Source: an uncultured Chloroflexia bacterium
GTDB taxonomy: Bacteria > Chloroflexota > Chloroflexia > QHBQ01 > JADMIH01
Length of the DNA stretch: 64,000 nucleotides
Direction: 5' to 3'
Assembly: GCA_963797095.1 (NCBI GenBank)
Contig: CAWCNY010000003.1
Span: 928,001-992,000 of the forward strand
The notes beneath the pieces were generated by a model that was given only the letters and a program-made list of their open reading frames with translations, made no database searches and was not told the DNA's origin. Both the position numbers and the translations under genes were made by a program. Below, piece by piece: positions 61,544-64,000 of this stretch (position 1 is the stretch's first letter; each line of letters starts with the position of its first letter).

Positions 61544-61620
61544 CGAGTAGCGAGTAGCAGATGTTCCTGGTCCTCCGGCTACCGACTACCGACTACTGAC
61601 TACCGGCTACTGAAACCGAC
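61535..61620. repeat. Composite heptamer element between the regulator and kinase genes
   Basis: GACGAGT x2, AGCGAGT ... TCCGGCT, ACCGACT x2, ACTGACT, ACCGGCT; overlaps the regulator's TGA stop. Confidence 0.85.
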
Positions 61621-61621
61621 T

Positions 61622-63016
61622 TTGCGATCCCTTACCGTAAAACTAATCCTGGCCTTTTTTGTCACCAGCGTGGCTGGGGTGGCGCTGGCGGCTTTGTTCA
61701 TCAGGCAGTTTGTCACGCAGGAATTCGAAGACTATGTAATCACTCAGCAGAGCGCGAGCTTTGTGGGGGATATTACCGAGTATTACGTGCAAAACGGGTC
61801 GTTGGTGGGGGTAGATGTGTGGTTACGCCAGAGGACTGGTAATCGCCTGGGCGAACCCCCGCCTCCGGGCGCGGTACCAGGTACGCTTCCTCTCCATTTC
61901 GCCCTGGCGGATACTACAGGGCATATCGTGATCCCATCGGACGATTACAGGCCGGGTGAGGCTGTGAGCGCTGACGAGATCGCCCGTGGCAGGCCGATGA
62001 GCATAGGAGGGCAACCAATAGGGACCGTGCTCGATCCGAAGCAGGGACCGCTCTTGACCCAGAGCGAGGAGCGCTACCTGGAGGGCACAGATACGGCTCT
62101 GATAATCGCAGCGGCGATCACGGTCGCTGTGGCGTTGGGGTTGGGGGTGCTGGTGGCGCGGCTGGTGACACGCCCGGTGCGCGAATTGACAGCCGCCACT
62201 CAAAAGATCGCCGCCGGGGACCTCGAACAGCGCGTGCCCGTGAGATCGCGGGACGAATTGGGCCTGCTGACCATGCAATTCAACAGCATGAGCAGAGACC
62301 TTAACAGGGCCACCCAACTGCGCCGCCAGATTACCGCCGACATTGCCCATGACCTGCGCACACCCCTCAGCGTAATTTCGGGCTACCTTGAGGCTCTGCG
62401 CAACGGCGACCTGGAGCCGACGCCCAAACGCTTCGCCACGCTGCATGATGAAGTGCAGTCGTTGTTGAGGTTGGTGGAAGACCTGCATACGCTGTCGCTG
62501 GCGGATGCGGGCGAGCTATCGCTGGACCGCCAGCCCGTGGTGCCCGGCCGGATACTCGCGAGGGTGGCGGAGACCTTCCGCCACAAAGCCGAGCAGAAAG
62601 GTATTCGGTTGAGCGTGGAGACGGGAGGCGAGGGCGTACCTCAGATATGCGTGGACGCCGAGCGGGTGGCCCGCGCCCTGAGCAATCTCGTCAGCAATGC
62701 TCTGCGCTACACCCCGCCGGGCGGCTCGATCAGCCTTATTGTGCGTGGAGGGGCGGACCCCAGGTGGGCGGAGTTGATTGTATTCGATACAGGGTCTGGG
62801 ATCGCTCCTGAGGATCTGCCGAACGTGTTCGAGAGGTTCTATCGAGCGGACAGCGCCCGCCAGTCCGACAGCGGCGAGTCGGGCCTGGGATTGGCGATAG
62901 TCAAGTCGGTGGCGGAGGCGCACGGCGGGCAAATCAAGGTAGAAAGCACCCAGGGCAAGGGCACCACGTTTACGATGCGGCTACCGGCGACAGGCGGACC
63001 GGGAACCAGGAACTAG
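61622..63016 (+). CDS. HAMP-domain sensor histidine kinase (BaeS-like)
   Basis: Two TM helices, HAMP (DELG.L...FN.M), AHDLRTPL, NLVSNALRY, DTGSGI, FERFYR, GLGLAI. Confidence 0.94.
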   Translation: MRSLTVKLILAFFVTSVAGVALAALFIRQFVTQEFEDYVITQQSASFVGDITEYYVQNGSLVGVDVWLRQRTGNRLGEPPPPGAVPGTLPLHFALADTTGHIVIPSDDYRPGEAVSADEIARGRPMSIGGQPIGTVLDPKQGPLLTQSEERYLEGTDTALIIAAAITVAVALGLGVLVARLVTRPVRELTAATQKIAAGDLEQRVPVRSRDELGLLTMQFNSMSRDLNRATQLRRQITADIAHDLRTPLSVISGYLEALRNGDLEPTPKRFATLHDEVQSLLRLVEDLHTLSLADAGELSLDRQPVVPGRILARVAETFRHKAEQKGIRLSVETGGEGVPQICVDAERVARALSNLVSNALRYTPPGGSISLIVRGGADPRWAELIVFDTGSGIAPEDLPNVFERFYRADSARQSDSGESGLGLAIVKSVAEAHGGQIKVESTQGKGTTFTMRLPATGGPGTRN

Positions 63017-63024
63017 GAAGGGAA

Positions 63025-63657
63025 TCATTTCCGCCATAACGGGTCGGGCACTGTGAAACCGAGGTCACCCTGCCAGCTATTGCGCGCCGCTACCTCCTGG
63101 ACCGGCTTGCGAGCGCCGACGCCCCACTTGCCGATTGGGTAACCCATCGTAATGCACCCATGCATGAACCAGCCTGCATCCTTCGGCACGCCCAGGATGT
63201 CCATCACCTCGTTCGAGTGGTAGCTTTGCAGGAACCCCGTCAAGGTAGCGCCGATCCCTTCGGCGCGGGCTGCCAGCATGGCGCTCCACATGGCGGGGTA
63301 GATGCCGCTGCCGTCGCGGTTGCGACCGAATCCGATCAGGAGTAATGGTACTTCGGCAAAGTGCTGGGCCAGGTGAACCCCCGACCTCACCGTTCGCGCC
63401 AGCGCTGGATTGTTTTTCATCATCTCGATGAGGCCATCGAGTGGCGCGCCAATCATGCTCTCCATTCCCTGCACGTAGAGTGGTGCGAATTGCGCCTTGA
63501 TCTCCGCGTCATCTACCAGGACGAATCGCCACTGCTGGTCGATGTTCGGCGCGTGGATGGCAGCGTCGAGGATGCGGGCCTGCACATCGTAGGGGATGGG
63601 GTCAGGTTTCAATCGCCGCATCGAGCGGGTTGTGTACAGCGCTTCGTAGATATCCAT
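63025..63657 (-). CDS. Nitroreductase-family protein
   Basis: TRSMRR...DPIP, AAIHAP...Q.WRF, LAARAEGIG, MGYP. Confidence 0.88.
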   Translation of the reverse strand: MDIYEALYTTRSMRRLKPDPIPYDVQARILDAAIHAPNIDQQWRFVLVDDAEIKAQFAPLYVQGMESMIGAPLDGLIEMMKNNPALARTVRSGVHLAQHFAEVPLLLIGFGRNRDGSGIYPAMWSAMLAARAEGIGATLTGFLQSYHSNEVMDILGVPKDAGWFMHGCITMGYPIGKWGVGARKPVQEVAARNSWQGDLGFTVPDPLWRK

Positions 63658-63720
63658 TATTCTCTCCTTGTTGGCTTGTGTTGGTTTGCCTCTTTCGGTC
63701 CAACCACCTGGTATGGGTGG

Positions 63721-63999
63721 TCAAATGTCATTATGTTCCACAGTGATGACTACGTGCCCCTTTTTGTATCCTGCTTCGACATATCTGTGGGCATTCGCTA
63801 TCTGTTCCAGCGGGTAGCATCTATCTACGACCGCCCTTATCTTTTCCGCCTCAATAAGCTCTTTGAGGAAATTGTAATCTTCAGTGTATTCGGTTGCTGA
63901 CCTTGATGCCCAGGGTATGAATTTCCTGCTCCTTCTCATCGACATCCATCGCCCCAGCACTTGCTGCGACAGCACAGGGTTAGCTGAAAGGAAGCGTCC
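63721..63999 (-). CDS. C-terminal part of an MDR-family NAD(P)-dependent alcohol dehydrogenase / quinone oxidoreductase (runs off the window)
   Basis: [40 protein letters not shown]; frame open to the window edge. Confidence 0.85.
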   Translation of the reverse strand, partial: GRFLSANPVLSQQVLGRWMSMRRSRKFIPWASRSATEYTEDYNFLKELIEAEKIRAVVDRCYPLEQIANAHRYVEAGYKKGHVVITVEHNDI

Positions 64000-64000
64000 A

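Overview
GC-rich bacterial chromosomal segment, probably Chloroflexota (inferred from SLH-anchored Pro/Thr-linker proteins, a lineage-typical secreted domain and a RhaEW/DeoR-type rhamnose locus). It is mostly carbohydrate catabolism: (i) the end of an Opp-type ABC/GH2/GH3 operon; (ii) a ROK-regulated ABC + GH15 + GH66 dextran/isomalto-oligosaccharide operon; (iii) a LacI-regulated galactan/galactose locus (SBP, GH42, AKR, galT, galK) with a divergent GH-A clan hydrolase; (iv) a complete DeoR-regulated L-rhamnose operon ending in lutC and a lutB-lutA fusion. Also present: ftsH, an IS200/IS605 element (intact tnpA, decayed tnpB), a sulfite-oxidase-family gene, a YHYH-SLH surface protein with a divergent two-component system, and a DUF1016 remnant. 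Two things stand out. First, an orphan protein with an eCIS-cargo-like leader fused to a Tgl-type Cys-Glu-His transglutaminase-like domain (55362-56558). Second, a family of 7-nt-phased and 24/25-nt repeats that share an ordered layout, begin at stop codons and have entered coding sequences in frame, most clearly galK. All calls come from reading motifs by eye; no searches were run. No rRNA, tRNA or CRISPR array was recognised.
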